Positions 62,577-64,000 of a DNA stretch of 64,000 nucleotides are shown here, in pieces. The notes under the pieces were generated by a model that did no database searches, was not told the origin of the DNA, and worked only from the letters and a program-made list of their open reading frames with translations. The stretch covers positions 11,168,001-11,232,000 of the forward strand of contig CP086569.2 of NCBI GenBank assembly GCA_009914755.4. Reading direction: 5' to 3'. How positions within the stretch are numbered: the first letter of the stretch is position 1; every line of letters starts with the position of its first letter. The position numbers and the translations under genes were made by a program. This DNA is from the human T2T-CHM13v2.0 reference genome, Homo sapiens.

Positions 62577-62660
62577 CTTCCTTTTGACAGGATCTCCGTC
62601 TGTCACACAGGCTGTAGCGTACTGGCACAATCTCAGCACACATTTATTTTCACCATTCTC
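62577..62660 (-). mobile_element. Alu 3'-end-derived spacer, subtype D
   Basis: D-type signature. Confidence 0.65.
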
Positions 62661-63093
62661 TCCCATTCTCTTCCATTCCATTGCATTCCATTCCGTTCCA
62701 TTCCATTCCATTCAATTTCGTTCCACTCCACTCCACTCCACTCAACTCCATTCCACTTCACTGCACTTAACTCCACTCCATTCCATTCCACTTCACTCTA
62801 TTCCAATGCACTCTAATCCTCTCCACTCTATTGCACTCAACTCCATTCCACTCCACTGCCCTCCCCTCCACTCCATTCCACTCCACTCAATTCCAATCCA
62901 TTCCACTACAATCCACTTCCACTCCACTACAATCCACTCCATTCCACTCCACTCCATTCCACTCTACTCCACTACAATCCACTCCATTCCACTCCAGTCC
63001 ATTCCACTCTACTCCACTACAATCCACTCCATTCCACTCCACTCCATTCCATTCCACTGCATTCCATTCCATTCCTCAGCATTCCATTCCAAT

Positions 63094-63180
63094 CCTTTCT
63101 CTCGACAGTATCTCACTCTGTCACCCAGCCAGGAGTTCAGTAGCACAATCACAGCTCACATTTCATTTCATCATTCCATT
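63094..63180 (-). mobile_element. Alu 3'-end-derived spacer, subtype C3
   Basis: C3-type signature. Confidence 0.65.
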
Positions 63181-63329
63181 CCTTTTCATTCCATTCGTTC
63201 AATTCCATTCCATTCCACTTCACTGCACTCCACTCCATTCCACTCCACTCCACTCCACTTCCCTCCGTTCCACTCCAATCCATCCCACTCCACTCCACTA
63301 TATTCCATTCTGTTCCACTCCATTCCATT

Positions 63330-63410
63330 CCTTTCTTTCCACAGGATCTCACTCTGTCACAAAGGCTGATGTGCAGTGGCTCAATCTCAGCTCAGATTTC
63401 TTTTCACCAT
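63330..63410 (-). mobile_element. Alu 3'-end-derived spacer, subtype B
   Basis: B-type signature. Confidence 0.7.
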
Positions 63411-63572
63411 TCCATTCCATCTTATTCCTTTCCACTCCATATCACTCCACTCCCATCCTCTCCACTCCGTTCCATTCCACTACTTCCCATTCCATCTGAC
63501 TCCATTCCACTTCACTCCACTCCATTCCATTACTTTCCATTCCGTTCTATTTCACTCCATTGCATTCCATTC

Positions 63573-63670
63573 CTTTCCTTTGACAGGATATCACTGTGTC
63601 AGCCAGGCTGGATTCAAGTGACACAATCTCAGCTCACAGTACACGTCAGCTTTCCATTATATTGCACTCT
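63573..63670 (-). mobile_element. Alu 3'-end-derived spacer, subtype A
   Basis: A-type signature (variant). Confidence 0.65.
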
Positions 63671-63760
63671 CTTCCATTTCATTCAATTCCATTCCATTCT
63701 AGTCCATTCCATTCCATTCCACTCCATTCCATTCCATTCCACTCCATTCATTCCATTCCA

Positions 63761-63815
63761 TTCCATGCCATGCCATGCCATTCCATGCCATGCCATGCCA
63801 TTCCATGCCATTCCA
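63761..63815 (+). repeat. (CCATG)-variant pentamer run
   Basis: TTCCATGCCATGCCATGCCATTCCATGCCATGCCATGCCATTCCATGCCATTCC. Confidence 0.85.
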
Positions 63816-64000
63816 CTCTGTTCCACTCTATTCCACTACACCACACCACATTCCGTTACATCAGATTCCATTCCACTCCATTCCACTCCTCTCCACTCTA
63901 CTGAACTCCACTCCACTCCATTCCACTCGATCCCATTCAATTCCACTCCATTCCCCTCTACTCCCCTCCACCCCACTCCACTCCACTTCAATCCGTTTCA

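Larger units (their letters stand above)
1..64000 (+). repeat. Pentameric (ATTCC)n/(ACTCC)n satellite array, HSat3-like. The + strand is the pyrimidine-rich ATTCC strand and the - strand is the (GGAAT)n strand.
   Basis: Continuous CCATT/CCACT pentamer periodicity from the first to the last base. G is nearly absent from the + strand outside the spacers. All track ORFs have 5-aa periodic translations. Confidence 0.95.

Noticed and set aside
1616-63670. Spacers as independent Alu insertions (about 136 retrotransposition events)
   Set aside because: Every copy is the same ~60-nt 3' fragment with an identical truncation point and orientation, and the copies fall into ordered subtypes. Amplification of a single captured fragment with the satellite is far more parsimonious. 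No copy extends into the Alu left arm or has recognisable target-site duplications.
1-64000. Hundreds of ORFs in the six-frame track, up to 873 aa, with translations such as HSIPFHSTPLHS... and MEWNGVEWSG...
   Set aside because: They are artefacts of pentamer periodicity. The (ATTCC)n strand has few stop codons in some frames and the GGAAT strand supplies ATG codons. The translations show a 5-aa periodic, low-complexity composition, overlap on both strands and in all frames, and contain no recognisable domains. None is protein-coding.
1-64000. Classification as human satellite II (HSat2)
   Set aside because: HSat2 is built on a diverged (CATTCGATTC/ATCAT)-rich ~26 bp pattern. Here the array is dominated by clean CCATT/CCACT pentamers, and CATTCGATTCC-type motifs are only sporadic. 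The family is therefore HSat3-like. The classical CAACCCGAGT decamer was not seen on reading, so the subfamily remains unassigned.

Overview
The whole 64 kb window is pericentromeric-type pentameric satellite DNA. The + strand is the pyrimidine-rich (ATTCC)n/(ACTCC)n strand and the - strand is the (GGAAT)n strand, as in the primate (most plausibly human/hominoid) satellite III family. I found no genes, rRNA, tRNA, CRISPR arrays or intact mobile elements.

Every ORF in the supplied six-frame track is a translation artefact of the 5-bp periodicity. Three pentamers give 15 bp, so the translation cycles with a 5-aa period: 'HSIPFHSTPLHS...' on the + strand and 'MEWNGVEWSG...' on the - strand. None of them is coding.

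The most interesting content is a spacer family embedded in the array. About 136 copies of a 70-100 bp non-pentameric spacer occur, all in the same orientation. Each spacer starts with a T-rich tract followed by a GACAGGATCTCACTCTGTCACCCAGGCTGGAGTGCAGTGGCACAATCTCAGCTCACA-like core. This is the reverse complement of the 3'-terminal ~55-60 nt of an Alu (GAGACGGAGTCTCGCTCTGTCGCCCAGGCTGGAGTGCAGTGGCGCGATCTCGGCTCACTGCAA) plus its poly-A tail, with every ancestral CpG decayed to TpG or CpA.

The copies fall into subtypes, here labelled A, B, C1, C2, C3 and D. Each subtype has its own internal substitutions and its own flanking variant pentamers:
- A = ...ATCACTGTGTCACCCAGG...CTCACATTACATGTCAACTTTCCATTGCATTGC, followed by (GCATT)n.
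- B = ...CTCTGTCACAAAGGCTGGAGTG...CACATTTCTTTTCACCATTCCATTGCATTCCATTCCATCCCATTCCATTCCACTCTATTTCACTCC.
- C1 = TTTTGACAGGATCTCACTCTGTCACCCAGGCTGGTGTGCAGTGGCAC...CACATTTCATTTCACC.
- C2 = TTTATTT(C/T)GA...CACCCAGACTG.AGTGCAGT.GCA.AATCTTA.CTCA.
- C3 = GAGAGTATCTCACTCTGTCACCCAGCCTGGAGCACAGTGGCAC...
- D = GATCTCCCTCTGTCACACAGGCTGTAGCATAGTGGCACAATCTCAGCACACATTTCTTTTCACC, followed by (TGTTC/CGTTC) variants.

The subtypes recur in an ordered higher-order pattern. The canonical superunit is C3-C1-D-B-A and spans about 0.9-1.3 kb, with variable (ATTCC)n filler between spacers. This points to amplification as part of the satellite unit rather than many independent insertions.

The first ~12 kb is spacer-poor (long pure pentamer blocks), while 12-64 kb is spacer-dense. 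Smaller features include recent exact tandem duplications, one short strand-switch (inversion), variant-pentamer micro-arrays, CpG-retaining pentamer runs and one short unique non-satellite insertion.

Spacer coordinates are read by eye and are accurate to about +/-10 bp. I cannot assign the species or the chromosomal locus from the sequence alone.
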